A stretch of DNA of 63,931 nt, counting the filler, from Candidatus Nanoarchaeia archaeon (lineage in GTDB: Archaea; Nanobdellota; Nanobdellia; Woesearchaeales; DATDTY01): assembly GCA_035290625.1 (NCBI GenBank). It is 7 parts of 7 records of this genome, joined end to end, with 100 filler letters (N's around TTAATTAATTAA, not from the genome) between each part and the next. Parts side by side here need not be neighbours in the genome. Positions count along the whole stretch, not along the records: positions 1 to 17,489 come from DATDTY010000033.1; positions 17,590 to 31,202 come from DATDTY010000034.1; 5 more parts are not named here. One strand, 5' to 3'. Below the pieces are notes generated by a model that searched no databases, had not been told where the DNA came from, and saw only the letters and a list, made by a program, of their open reading frames with translations. Made by a program: the position numbers and the translations under genes. Below, piece by piece: positions 9,541-18,367 of this stretch (position 1 is its first letter; every line of letters starts with the position of its first letter).

Positions 9541-9637
9541 AGAATACGCATCTCCGGCATATATTCGCTTTCGCCAATATACCCCTTGCGTGCTATTGAG
9601 GAACTTTGGATTGTTTATAAATGTTTCGAGATGGGCT

Positions 9638-9757
9638 GGTTGCCGCCTTTTTTTGCGAGGCTCAACCAACCGAGGCGTCAGCAGCGGAGGGGGTTGTCCC
9701 TTACGGGCGAGGTGCCGCTCTTTGCTGAAAAGATGAAGAGCCGAGCTGGCGGCAACC
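9638..9757. mobile_element. Inner module of the MITE-like family, copy C (no outer TIR)
   Basis: GGTTGCCGCC..GGCGGCAACC inverted ends; almost identical to 11917-12033. Confidence 0.75.
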
Positions 9758-10153
9758 CTCAGCTGATATACTTACTGTGATGCTGTGTGTCTTCATCATC
9801 CTCTTGAGATTGGTGTTAAGCCCGGCTGCAGATTTGGAGGCTTTGGTGGCAAATGTCCTTGAAGAGAGAAATTCTGTTGTCCTTATCACCATTTCATCTG
9901 CGTCTGAAAAATCCCTGTTCGGGACAGCAATCAATGAATCTTGCGCATCTCCGGATTGTATCGCAATCTTCAGCTTGTCCTCCTTTCTCAAGGCTGCCAG
10001 GAATCTCTTCATCTGCTGCAGCTTGAAGTCTGCCTGGATGCCAACTATACAGGTTCCCCTCGGAGTAAGGTGAGAGTCCCGCGTAAACTCCAGCGTTGTT
10101 TTATGGCTTGCCCTGATATTTGGGTGGCCTTGGCAGGTAAATCGGATTTCCAT
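9701..10153 (-). CDS. DUF371 family protein; last ~18 codons derive from the repeat element
   Basis: GHPNIRASHKTTLEFT, RGTCIVG and C-terminal KASKSAAGL motifs. Confidence 0.88.
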   Translation of the reverse strand: MEIRFTCQGHPNIRASHKTTLEFTRDSHLTPRGTCIVGIQADFKLQQMKRFLAALRKEDKLKIAIQSGDAQDSLIAVPNRDFSDADEMVIRTTEFLSSRTFATKASKSAAGLNTNLKRMMKTHSITVSISAEGCRQLGSSSFQQRAAPRP

Positions 10154-10157
10154 CGAA

Positions 10158-11852
10158 TCATTTAGCCAGCTGCTTTACTTCTTCGTATGCTTGCCTCATC
10201 TTCCTGTAGAAAATGGCTTTCGCCTTGCTTGTGAAGTCCATCTCAAGAAGCTCTGCGTATGCCTTCTTTGCTTTTGGGTAGGATGCTGCGATGGCTTTTT
10301 TGTCTCGCCTCTGTATGGAATGCTCCAGCTTACGGAGCCATTCATTGAACTCAGCGACTTTGCCCCTCTTTGGGTCTAATGAAGCTGCAGCCTGGCGCTC
10401 TCCAATCCCCTGGCCCTTGATTTCCTGATCCTTTATCTCCTGGCGCAGGAGGCTTTTTGACAGGATGTCGCGGTGTTTCTTAACCAGCTCAACTTTCTTT
10501 CTAATGACTGCTTTTCCTGCCTGCCTGCTTAATGACTCTATACTTCTCGCTGCTGCTTCAAGCGAAGGCATGAGCCTGTCTACCTGCCTGATATCTGCCT
10601 GGCTGATTGCGTGCTCGCTTTGGCTCAGGTACTGATTAAAGGCCTTGAGGTACTTGTTAAACCTCTGCCGTTGCCGTTCCTCGGGGGACTTCAGGATGCG
10701 GAGCTTTCCAAGCCATCCAATGGCTGTCCGCATGATCCAGACAGCAATAATGAAGAGAACTACAACGCTTGCGATCAGTGGAAGGAGAGGAACAGCTTGC
10801 CTGGCTGCTGCTGCAATCTGCACTAAAGGCAATACTCCGCTGTAGGGGAATACAGCAACCACAGCGATGAAGAGCCATAGCGTAATGATCCATATCCAGA
10901 GCCATTCCTTCTGGATATCCTCTTTGGCTTGCTTTGAGGATACTCTGTACTGGTTTATAGAGGTATATGCCCATAACCCGACGAAGAAATAAATGTATGC
11001 TGCCACAGCAAAGAGGGCGATTGCCGCAACAAATGCAGTAAGCCAGCACCAGGAGGATTCCACGCATATCTGCTTGAGTGTTGAGAGCTGGGATGCAGCT
11101 CCTACGTCAAGGAGAGCGCTTGCTGTTCCAACTGAGCTGCCATAGGTTGCGATGGCGGAAAAGACATACTCTCCTCTGGCGAGATTATCGGGGATATGGA
11201 CTCTCTTGAAGAAAGATGCCTGTGTCTTGACAACGACGCTTTCACTTTCTGTGATAATTGTGTTGCTTGCGGTGTCTTTGAGCTGGTACTCCATCTGGAC
11301 ATTTGCCTGGGAGAGGCCTAGGAGATTAAAGAGGCGGACCTCAATGGTGAAGTCTCCGCCCTGAGGGACTTCTCTGCCGGCAGAAACCGGGTTGAGGTTC
11401 ATGTCAAAGAGGACGTCTTTGCTCTCAACCTCTATAACTACAGGAATGGACTTGGGCTGATTGCCTGAGATGATAAGCTTGCCCACATACACTCCTGGGG
11501 AGAACGATGTTCCAGCTTCCTCATCCTGCGGAGAGAACCGAAGGAAAAGGATTTTCGTCTGGCCGGGCTGCAGGAGGAATTGCTGCTCAGGGATTTTTAT
11601 CAGGCCTTCAGCCCCTGCTGCCTGTATGCTTATGTGTTCAGCATTCAGGCCCCGGTTACTAATCCTGACAGGCCTGGAAATAAACTCACCCTGTTTTACC
11701 ACTACTTTGATAAGAATCTGATCAACATCAATTGATGCCCCTGATGCTCCTGCCGCAGCTTCTTGCTTTGGAATCTGCTGCTGCAGAAGGATGCCGCTTG
11801 AGAGAAGGATAGCTACCAGCACTACAATCCCTATATGCTTAAGGGGATTCAT
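10158..11852 (-). CDS. Surface/membrane protein with two Ig-like domains, internal TMs and a helical cytoplasmic tail
   Basis: Signal/TM; PGVYVGKL and VLFDM motifs shared with the neighbouring paralogue; several hydrophobic segments. Confidence 0.8.
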   Translation of the reverse strand: MNPLKHIGIVVLVAILLSSGILLQQQIPKQEAAAGASGASIDVDQILIKVVVKQGEFISRPVRISNRGLNAEHISIQAAGAEGLIKIPEQQFLLQPGQTKILFLRFSPQDEEAGTSFSPGVYVGKLIISGNQPKSIPVVIEVESKDVLFDMNLNPVSAGREVPQGGDFTIEVRLFNLLGLSQANVQMEYQLKDTASNTIITESESVVVKTQASFFKRVHIPDNLARGEYVFSAIATYGSSVGTASALLDVGAASQLSTLKQICVESSWCWLTAFVAAIALFAVAAYIYFFVGLWAYTSINQYRVSSKQAKEDIQKEWLWIWIITLWLFIAVVAVFPYSGVLPLVQIAAAARQAVPLLPLIASVVVLFIIAVWIMRTAIGWLGKLRILKSPEERQRQRFNKYLKAFNQYLSQSEHAISQADIRQVDRLMPSLEAAARSIESLSRQAGKAVIRKKVELVKKHRDILSKSLLRQEIKDQEIKGQGIGERQAAASLDPKRGKVAEFNEWLRKLEHSIQRRDKKAIAASYPKAKKAYAELLEMDFTSKAKAIFYRKMRQAYEEVKQLAK

Positions 11853-11856
11853 TGTA

Positions 11857-13215
11857 TCATTTTAGGAATCTTCTTTTATATAGCTTTGCATGGCTGCGGC
11901 TCAGTAGAACGTCTGCGTTGCCGCCTTTTTTGCGAGGCTCAACCAACCGAGGCGTCAGCAGCGGAGGGGGTTGTCCCTTACGGGCGAGGTGCCGCTCTTT
12001 GCTGAAAAGATGAAGAGCCAAGCTGGCGGCAACCGGCGGCTTGTGAGCGAGTGAGAAGGGGCTTACTCGCAAGCCACGCCGAGACTTTCTACTGAGCCCA
12101 TGGCTGCGTTTTGCAGGCGGTGCAGCTGGCATTTTCCTGAAGCGGCTTCTCAACAGGAGCAGCAGCAGGATGAGCGCCACAACTACGCCAATTACATTTG
12201 CAAATGAAAATGGCTGCGGCTCTGTGATTGTGAACGTCTGGCTGGAAACTGCAAACCCGTTCTTGTAGAGGATCTCGACGATTGCAACATAAGCTCCTTT
12301 CTCCAGGTTTTGTGTGTTGTACTCTTTTCTGTACGAGAGCTGATTCTGAACCTTGAGGCTTTCGTTTGATTGGAAGAGGACATTTCCATCAAGGTCTTTG
12401 ATGATGTAAGTTGCCTGAACATCTGTGCCTCTCTCTTTGAGGTTGAAGAGGGTAATCTGCGCATAGAGACTCCTGCCCTGAGGTATCTCATGGTTGGGAA
12501 TGTCAAGGCTGACGTCGAAGATAATATCGGCTGTTTTTACTTCAATGGTCACTGGAATCTCTTTTGATATCCCTTCTGATGAGAGCGTGAGCTTTCCAAC
12601 ATAGACTCCTGGCTGTTGGCCTGATGAGGCCTGCAGTGTAATTTGGGCAGAACTTCCCTCTGCAATAGAGAGGCTTGAATCTGATGAGAGCAGGGAGGCC
12701 GCTTCTCCTGATATATCGATGCTGAGATCAAGGTCAGTGTTGCCGGTGTTTGTGACTGAAATTTGCTTTTCATCTTCTGCTCCAAGAACAAGAGTGAAGG
12801 TAATGCTTCCTGGAGAGGCTGAGAACCCCGGGTGGGGCCATTCTATGGTTGCGTTGCTCCCTCCTCCACCTCCTCCACCACCGCCTCCTCCTGCTGATGC
12901 TGCGGCTCCTGCAGGGCAGGATGCCAGGCATGTTCCTGAGCAGCAGGCTCCTGACATGCAGTCCCTGTTCGCTTCGCATGGGTCTCCGTTTGCGTACTGC
13001 AGGCGGAAGAAGAAGCCGAAGAAGCTTCTGAAGTTTGCTGAAGACGCGTTTCCTGAGACCGGCGTTACAGCAAATGAGGATTGGTAATTGCTGCTTGAGG
13101 AGTTTGTTGAGCCAGGTGAAGGGTCTGCATCGAAGACAAAGTTTGAGTTGCTCATTGTCTGTGCAGCAGCTAATGGGAACAGCAATGCTGCGATGATATA
13201 ATAGAGGGTTCTCAT
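11857..13215 (-). CDS. Secreted/membrane-anchored Ig-like protein with a Gly linker; cytoplasmic tail carries an in-frame MITE
   Basis: Signal peptide, Cys motif, poly-Gly, PGVYVGKL, C-terminal TM; RSH duplicated around the insert. Confidence 0.8.
   Translation of the reverse strand: MRTLYYIIAALLFPLAAAQTMSNSNFVFDADPSPGSTNSSSSNYQSSFAVTPVSGNASSANFRSFFGFFFRLQYANGDPCEANRDCMSGACCSGTCLASCPAGAAASAGGGGGGGGGGGSNATIEWPHPGFSASPGSITFTLVLGAEDEKQISVTNTGNTDLDLSIDISGEAASLLSSDSSLSIAEGSSAQITLQASSGQQPGVYVGKLTLSSEGISKEIPVTIEVKTADIIFDVSLDIPNHEIPQGRSLYAQITLFNLKERGTDVQATYIIKDLDGNVLFQSNESLKVQNQLSYRKEYNTQNLEKGAYVAIVEILYKNGFAVSSQTFTITEPQPFSFANVIGVVVALILLLLLLRSRFRKMPAAPPAKRSHGLSRKSRRGLRVSPFSLAHKPPVAASLALHLFSKERHLARKGQPPPLLTPRLVEPRKKGGNADVLLSRSHAKLYKRRFLK
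11898..12098. mobile_element. Nested-hairpin MITE-like element, copy D, inside a CDS
   Basis: TIR GGCTCAGTAGAA/TTCTACTGAGCC; perfect 9-bp TSD CATGGCTGC (11889-11897, 12099-12107). Confidence 0.9.
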
Positions 13216-14357
13216 GCCTGAGCACCTTCACCAAGCCTACTACCAGAGCCCTCGTAGCCTGTTCTATTCTTATATGTTCTATTCTTATATATTGCGTGCA
13301 GTGGAAAAAATTCATAATAGCTATTTTCGTCGAACCACGCGCATTTGAATGATTTGATGTCGAGTTTTGTCCTTGACGCTAGGCTGAGTGCGTAGAGCGT
13401 GAGCTGTTCAATTGGGTTGCAGCTTTTTGCTTCGGGCTTGTAATCTAAGATGTGGATAAGGCTGTTTCTTACCTGGAGGATGTCGATATGGCCTGTGATG
13501 GGGGTTTTTGCATTGCTGAGGTTTAGGGTGAATCCTCTTTTCTGGAAGTATATGATATCATCTTTTGTGAGATAGACCGGGATTTCTGTTGCAATGGTTG
13601 TTGAGTCGTTGGTTATGAAGAAGCCCTGGAGCGCTTTATGGCGCTGAGCGTTGCTCCTTGCGAGGTTGAGGGCCAGCTTTGCCAGCTTGTTTGCTGCGTT
13701 GGCCTTTGAGATGTGAATGATATTTAGGTGCGAGAACTTGATTTGAGATGCCCTTTTTTGGCTGCTTAATTGCGGCGTGTCCAGCCTAGAATGTCTTCTG
13801 TATTCTTTAAAGATATGATGAGGGAACTTGTTTGTTGGGATTTTGCTGAGGTATGATTTGAGAGGGTCGTAGAATCTGCTGGTATTGGTGAATTGGTTGT
13901 TGTATTTGGGGTGGTGGAAGAGGACTTCGAGCTTTGCCTTGTGGATTTGGAATGTGTACGGCAGGTTGTTGTGGAGAAGGGGGTATGACTCTATAATCTG
14001 GCCTGGGGAGAAGATCTTTTTTGCTTGGCCTCTTAGTTTGCTGAATGCGCAGATATTCTTGTATTCGCTTAGCCATTTGGCGATGGTTGACGGGGGGAGC
14101 TTTGTTGCGGCCTGCTTTTCTATGATGTTTGATGTATCTTTCAGGCTGTGGCCAAGGTTGTAGGTAGAGATTGACTTTAGGATGATGCCTATGGGATAGG
14201 TTTTGTTTTTTGATTGGCTCTGTGTGAAGACGGATTTGCAGACTTTGCATTGATATTTTTGGATGGCCTGGAATTTGTTTTTTGCGAAGCCTCTTTTGAC
14301 GGTTTGAGTGGAGCTACAGTTTTGGCAGGTGATTGTTTCTTTTGTTTTCTTTTGCAT
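13212..14357 (-). CDS. IS1 InsA-like zinc finger/HTH fused to a PD-(D/E)XK (RecB/Cas4-like) nuclease
   Basis: CQNC..VKRG..QKYQCKVC..F; TEIPV, TGHIDIL, ILDYK, EQLTLYA. Confidence 0.82.
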   Translation of the reverse strand: MQKKTKETITCQNCSSTQTVKRGFAKNKFQAIQKYQCKVCKSVFTQSQSKNKTYPIGIILKSISTYNLGHSLKDTSNIIEKQAATKLPPSTIAKWLSEYKNICAFSKLRGQAKKIFSPGQIIESYPLLHNNLPYTFQIHKAKLEVLFHHPKYNNQFTNTSRFYDPLKSYLSKIPTNKFPHHIFKEYRRHSRLDTPQLSSQKRASQIKFSHLNIIHISKANAANKLAKLALNLARSNAQRHKALQGFFITNDSTTIATEIPVYLTKDDIIYFQKRGFTLNLSNAKTPITGHIDILQVRNSLIHILDYKPEAKSCNPIEQLTLYALSLASRTKLDIKSFKCAWFDENSYYEFFPLHAIYKNRTYKNRTGYEGSGSRLGEGAQA

Positions 14358-14362
14358 TTTTT

Positions 14363-14508
14363 ATGCACCTGATTTGAGGCGGGTTTTCATTGGGTTATGC
14401 GCTGGATTTTGGAAGTTTGTGCGCACCTGATTTGGGCAGGCTTCATGCACCTGATTTGGGATGGGGTTTTCATTGGGCTGGGTTGGTGGGAACGTTTTGC
14501 GCAGGGGG
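14363..14508. repeat. Cluster of degenerate ATGCACCTGATTTG repeats (array scaffold)
   Basis: About four units; 14446-14508 is identical to 15442-15504. Confidence 0.85.
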
Positions 14509-14571
14509 CTGGTAACGAGATTGCTTGCACTCCATAATCTTTATATACCTCAATTGATTATTGCGCGTATA

Positions 14572-14700
14572 ATGAAATCGTTGGCTGATACTAAGGAGTG
14601 GAAAAAATTGAGGAAAAAGATAGAGGAAGCTCGGAAGGATCCTAAATTCAGAGCTTTTATAAGGAAGTTTATTGAAGCAACGTCTCATACTCATAGATAA
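14572..14700 (+). CDS. 42-aa microprotein convergent with PIN gene 1 (putative antitoxin)
   Basis: MKSLADTKEWKKLRKKIEEARKDPKFRAFIRKFIEATSHTHR; TTTATATA ~30 bp upstream; homologous to 16481-16612. Confidence 0.7.
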   Translation: MKSLADTKEWKKLRKKIEEARKDPKFRAFIRKFIEATSHTHR

Positions 14701-15212
14701 GCCTCCTTGAATTTTTGGTAGGGGATAAATTCTGGAGTTCTCATCTGATAATCCTTATCGACCCTTTCATATGCTTTAATGGCTTTTATGCCCAGCATAC
14801 TCTTTGTGTCGTGAGAGACAACAATATCCAGCTTATGAAGGGAAGCGCAGGCGATTATTTTAAAGTCATTTATTATATCATCATAACCGCAACCTCCTTT
14901 TAACTTATTATATTCTCCATAATACCTATTGGCGATCAGTTCTACCAAATCTGTAATCTTTAAAATGTGATTGTCTTTTCTAACAAATAGGTCATAGATA
15001 CTCAAGACCAGTTTTCGCTTACTTTCTGCGCCAATCCTCTCTTTTTTAGCAACCGCCCTCAGCTCATTCCTTATCAGCCTGTTGCCGTAAATCACAAATC
15101 TTTCCGGGATGCCTTTAACTATTTTAGGGACCACATCAATATCCTCTATCAATCTTCCATAAACGCTCGTATCCAGGATGATCCTTTTTTGTTGTTTATT
15201 TTGGATTTTCAT
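14691..15212 (-). CDS. PIN-domain ribonuclease 1 (probable start MKIQNK at 15212)
   Basis: IILDTSVY, RNEL, NDFKIIACA, IVVSHD acidic tetrad. Confidence 0.85.
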   Translation of the reverse strand: MKIQNKQQKRIILDTSVYGRLIEDIDVVPKIVKGIPERFVIYGNRLIRNELRAVAKKERIGAESKRKLVLSIYDLFVRKDNHILKITDLVELIANRYYGEYNKLKGGCGYDDIINDFKIIACASLHKLDIVVSHDTKSMLGIKAIKAYERVDKDYQMRTPEFIPYQKFKEAYL

Positions 15213-15286
15213 AGGCTGCCCTCGTTGAAAATGCAATTAACTGCAAAAAATACATTTGATCATCGATTTTCAGTTCGTCAGAGTTT

Positions 15287-15400
15287 TTATTGAAAATTCG
15301 GGGTTTAATACCCCGGGCTTTAGCCCGAATTTTCAATCCCGAAAACCGCACGATCAAAAACCCCGACCTTTAGGTCGGGGATTAGTGCGGTTTTCGTTAT
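15287..15400. mobile_element. Short palindromic element, copy 2 (lacks a 52-bp inner segment present in copy 1)
   Basis: Matches 129-294; the paralogous leader at 16261-16286 shows the empty site. Confidence 0.8.
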
Positions 15401-15598
15401 CATACTCTTTAGGGTTATGCATTGGATGTTTTCTTCGATTGTGCACCTGATTTGGGATGGGGTTTTCATTGGGCTGGGTTGGTGGGAACGTTTTGCGCAG
15501 GGGGGGGGCTTAGCCCAAGCGGGCAATTACCTTGCCTCCTGCCGGTGTGTTGAGTCAAACATAATCTTTATATATTCAGATGGTTTATTAGTTCTCTT

Positions 15599-15715
15599 AT
15601 GAAGAACCCTAAAACTATGACTTTTGCTGAGTTGATTAAACTTGCAGATGATATCAAGAGAGGCATCACTAAGAGATTCCTGAAATCTGCAAAAAAAATC
15701 GATATTTCTAATTAG
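15599..15715 (+). CDS. 38-aa microprotein convergent with PIN gene 2
   Basis: MKNPKTMTFAELIKLADDIKRGITKRFLKSAKKIDISN; same CATAATCTTTATATA promoter motif as the first microprotein. Confidence 0.6.
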   Translation: MKNPKTMTFAELIKLADDIKRGITKRFLKSAKKIDISN

Positions 15716-16190
15716 GGAACTCAATCTTTATCACCTCCATGTTATTTCTTGTTAGGATCTGGTTTATCATTTCTTGGTTGTTTTTGAGATGGACTCTGTT
15801 GAATGTGATGAGTGCGTCAAGCTGGAATATGCTTGTTATAAGTACAAGGATAGTGTCTTCTTCCTTTACCCCGGTTTTGATGAGCGCATTGATAACCTGA
15901 CTATAATCGATATTCTTTGCTTTTGCGTTTTCGAGAATCTCTTTAGTAGAATAAATCCTTGCTGCCCACAGTTCAAAAAATTCACTTATCTGGTCTTTAA
16001 GCCTCTCATGTTTCCATTGGTTGACTAATTCCAGAAGATGGTACGATGTGCAAAGTATGATATCCCCTCTCCTTATTTTCTCCATATATACCCTGGCCGC
16101 ATCTCCTCTCTCCCCTTTGTCCCATAGCCCAACTGTAACCACATCTAAATCTAGGAGGATTCTTTTTTTCGGTTTATTTTGGATTTTCAT
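15708..16190 (-). CDS. PIN-domain protein 2 (divergent)
   Basis: ILLDLDV, LLEL, EEDTILV, LDALITFN..HL. Confidence 0.78.
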   Translation of the reverse strand: MKIQNKPKKRILLDLDVVTVGLWDKGERGDAARVYMEKIRRGDIILCTSYHLLELVNQWKHERLKDQISEFFELWAARIYSTKEILENAKAKNIDYSQVINALIKTGVKEEDTILVLITSIFQLDALITFNRVHLKNNQEMINQILTRNNMEVIKIEFPN

Positions 16191-16289
16191 ATGAGTTTTC
16201 CTTTGCTGAAAATGTAATAAACTGTAAAAAAATACATTCGATCATTGATTTTCGATGAGTCAGAGTTTTTACCATGCTCTTTAGGGTGG

Positions 16290-16400
16290 GTTATGCATTG
16301 GGTGTTTTCTTCGATTATGCGCCGGATCTGGAGAGGTTTTTTTGGTCATAGGGGCTGGCTTTATGCGCCGGATTTGGAGAGGGTTTTTGGGTCATAGGGG
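16290..16400. repeat. Degenerate TTATGCGCCGGATTTGG variants of the array repeat
   Basis: Two TTATGCGCCGGATYTGGAGAGG..TTTT..GGTCATAGGGG units. Confidence 0.7.
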
Positions 16401-16480
16401 ATGGATTGGGGGATTTTTTTGGGGCCCGGCTTCGCATCTTATGCGAAATGTTTAAATATTGATTTAACCTTCTGTTTATT

Positions 16481-16612
16481 ATGAAATGCCAAAAACCCGA
16501 TTGGGATACATTGATAAGGGAGATTGAAGAGGCTAACAAAGATCCCAAGTTTGTGAAGGCTGTTAAGGAATTCATAAATATCACGTCAAACAGGAGGGTC
16601 TATAAGGTCTAA
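16481..16612 (+). CDS. 43-aa microprotein convergent with PIN gene 3
   Basis: MKCQKPDWDTLIREIEEANKDPKFVKAVKEFINITSNRRVYKV; TTTAAATA upstream; shares W..L..(R/K).IEEA.KDPKF..FI..TS with 14572. Confidence 0.72.
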   Translation: MKCQKPDWDTLIREIEEANKDPKFVKAVKEFINITSNRRVYKV

Positions 16613-17122
16613 TCTTCTTTTGTATTCTTGATATGGGATAAAATCAGGATTTTCCAATCCGTTTTCAGAATTTATTTTTTTGTACGCTTTCATTGCCAAC
16701 TCTGAAAGCATCGTTTTTGTGTCATGGGACACTACGATGTTCAATTCCTTTATCGAGGCTGAAGCGACGATTAAAAAGTCATTTTTCAGGCTATCATAAG
16801 GATATTTTCCATCGAATCTCCTGTATTTCTCATAATACTTTTTTGCTAATATCCTGATTAAGTCACCCATTATTATCTCATGGCCTGCGGTTAACCTGTC
16901 ATAGAGGTTTAAGAGCAGGATCCTTTTGCTCTGCTTACCTAATCTTGCCTGTGCTGATGTCTCTCTTAGCTCATTTCTAATAATCCTATTGCCATAAACC
17001 AATGTTTGGTTCCTTTCGATTCGTTTTTCTATCTTGGTTACTGTTTGAGGATCGAGCATCAATTCCCCATAAACGCTCGTGTCTAAAAGCGTTCTTTTTG
17101 GTGTTTTATTTTGGCTTTTCAT
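16586..17122 (-). CDS. PIN-domain ribonuclease 3, paralogue of PIN 1
   Basis: LLDTSVYG, YGNRIIRNELR, NDFLIVASAS, IVVSHDTK. Confidence 0.85.
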   Translation of the reverse strand: MKSQNKTPKRTLLDTSVYGELMLDPQTVTKIEKRIERNQTLVYGNRIIRNELRETSAQARLGKQSKRILLLNLYDRLTAGHEIIMGDLIRILAKKYYEKYRRFDGKYPYDSLKNDFLIVASASIKELNIVVSHDTKTMLSELAMKAYKKINSENGLENPDFIPYQEYKRRLDLIDPPV

Positions 17123-17242
17123 ATCAGGATCTTCCTCTTGTGTGGAAAGGCAATCATATAAACCACAAAAGCGGGATGCATTCGAGCATTGTTTGCGGGG
17201 ATTGTTTGAGGCAACTGATTCATGCAGTGTGTTTTATGCATT

Positions 17243-17489
17243 TGTGCACCTGATTCGAGGCAAGTTTTCATTGAACTATGGACAGGATTTAGGGTTCTCA
17301 TGCACTTGATTTGGTGCGGGGTTTTCATTTGGTCATGCACCGATTTTGGGCAGGCTTCATGCACGTGATTTGGGGTGGGGTTTTCATTTGGTTATGCACC
17401 TGATTTGGTGCGGTTTTTTAGGGTTGCCATGCACTTGATTTGGAGTGGGGTTTTCATTTGGTTATGCACCCGATTTGGTGCGGGGTTTT
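17243..17489. repeat. Tandem degenerate 35-bp (some shorter) repeats ATGCACYTGATTTGG..GGGGTTTTCATTTGGTT running to the contig end
   Basis: At least seven units visible; no unique spacers. Confidence 0.9.
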
Positions 17490-17589
17490 NNNNNNNNNNN
17501 NNNNNNNNNNNNNNNNNNNNNNNNNNNNNNNNNTTAATTAATTAANNNNNNNNNNNNNNNNNNNNNNNNNNNNNNNNNNNNNNNNNNNN
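17490..17589. other. Artificial contig linker (N-TTAATTAATTAA-N); identical linkers at 31203-31302, 42739-42838, 51704-51803, 56116-56215, 61127-61226
   Basis: Same 100-nt pattern with six-frame stops at every gap. Confidence 0.98.
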
Positions 17590-17991
17590 ATCAGGATAAC
17601 CTATGTTCAGCTCTCCGATATTGACCTGATCCAAGATCTTTCCTTTCTTGACAATGTACATATTGTTGCCAGTGTCAGAGGCAAGAGAATCAACCAGTAA
17701 CGGAAGACGAGCAAACGGAGGATTGTTCAACACTCTGTTCTTGATATCCTCATCAACAAAGTAGACTCTCTCTGCTCCGCAAAATCCCTTATACCTTTTC
17801 TCAAGGACAGCCCCCGCCTGCCTTGATACTCTTGGAGAGTCTGCCTGGATTCCTGTAATAAACGAAGTCAGCTCTGCAACGCACTGCTTCTCACGAAAAC
17901 CTATGGTCAGGCTATACGATGTGATCAGGATGCCTAATGCGACAATAGCTATGAGAACGTAGGAAAATGCCTGCATCTGGGCTTTGGGCAT
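17590..17991 (-). CDS. Class III signal peptide (pilin-like) protein, 3' end truncated by the contig edge
   Basis: MPKAQ followed by a hydrophobic stretch. Confidence 0.78.
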
Positions 17992-18036
17992 ATCTGTTTT
18001 GCTTGGAAATGAAGTATAAGAATGTTGCTATAGGGG

Positions 18037-18243
18037 GGTGGCATCGAAAAGTTGCTCGCTTCGCTCGGCAGCGCCAGTACTCAAAAATGCTTCGCATTTT
18101 TGGTCGCTTCTGCGGAGCAGTTCGCCATGTGCAAATCAAGCAGAATAGCGACATTCCCCGGATGGGACAACCCCCTTGTCGCTGTGCCGCCGCTCCGTTA
18201 TAATGGCTCACAAGAGGGCGCTGCATGACTTTTCAATGCCACC
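18037..18243. mobile_element. Nested-hairpin MITE-like element, copy E
   Basis: TIR GGTGGCATCGAAAAGT/ACTTTTCAATGCCACC; TATAGGGG on both sides; reverse-oriented core GACAAGGGGGTTGTCCCATCCGGGGAATGTC. Confidence 0.85.
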
Positions 18244-18367
18244 TATAGGGGGTCTATTCAAAATGAGCATTGTAGCACATCACTGGTGAGCACAAGCCAA
18301 ACAAAGAACAAACATTTATAAACATATTTTAATCACTACTTCTAAATTACTAAAAATAGACTTAAAA

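Noticed and set aside
9541..9669. N-terminal extension of uS15 in the ORF track
   Set aside because: Comes from promoter and repeat sequence; the canonical start MARMYS is at 9540
12858..12900. CCT/CCA microsatellite
   Set aside because: Encodes an ordinary poly-Gly linker with mixed codons
17243..17489. Possible CRISPR array
   Set aside because: Units are contiguous and degenerate, with no unique spacers and no cas1/cas2 in the window
17490..17589. TTAATTAATTAA motif repeated six times
   Set aside because: Artificial scaffolding linker inside N runs; gene adjacency across linkers has no biological meaning
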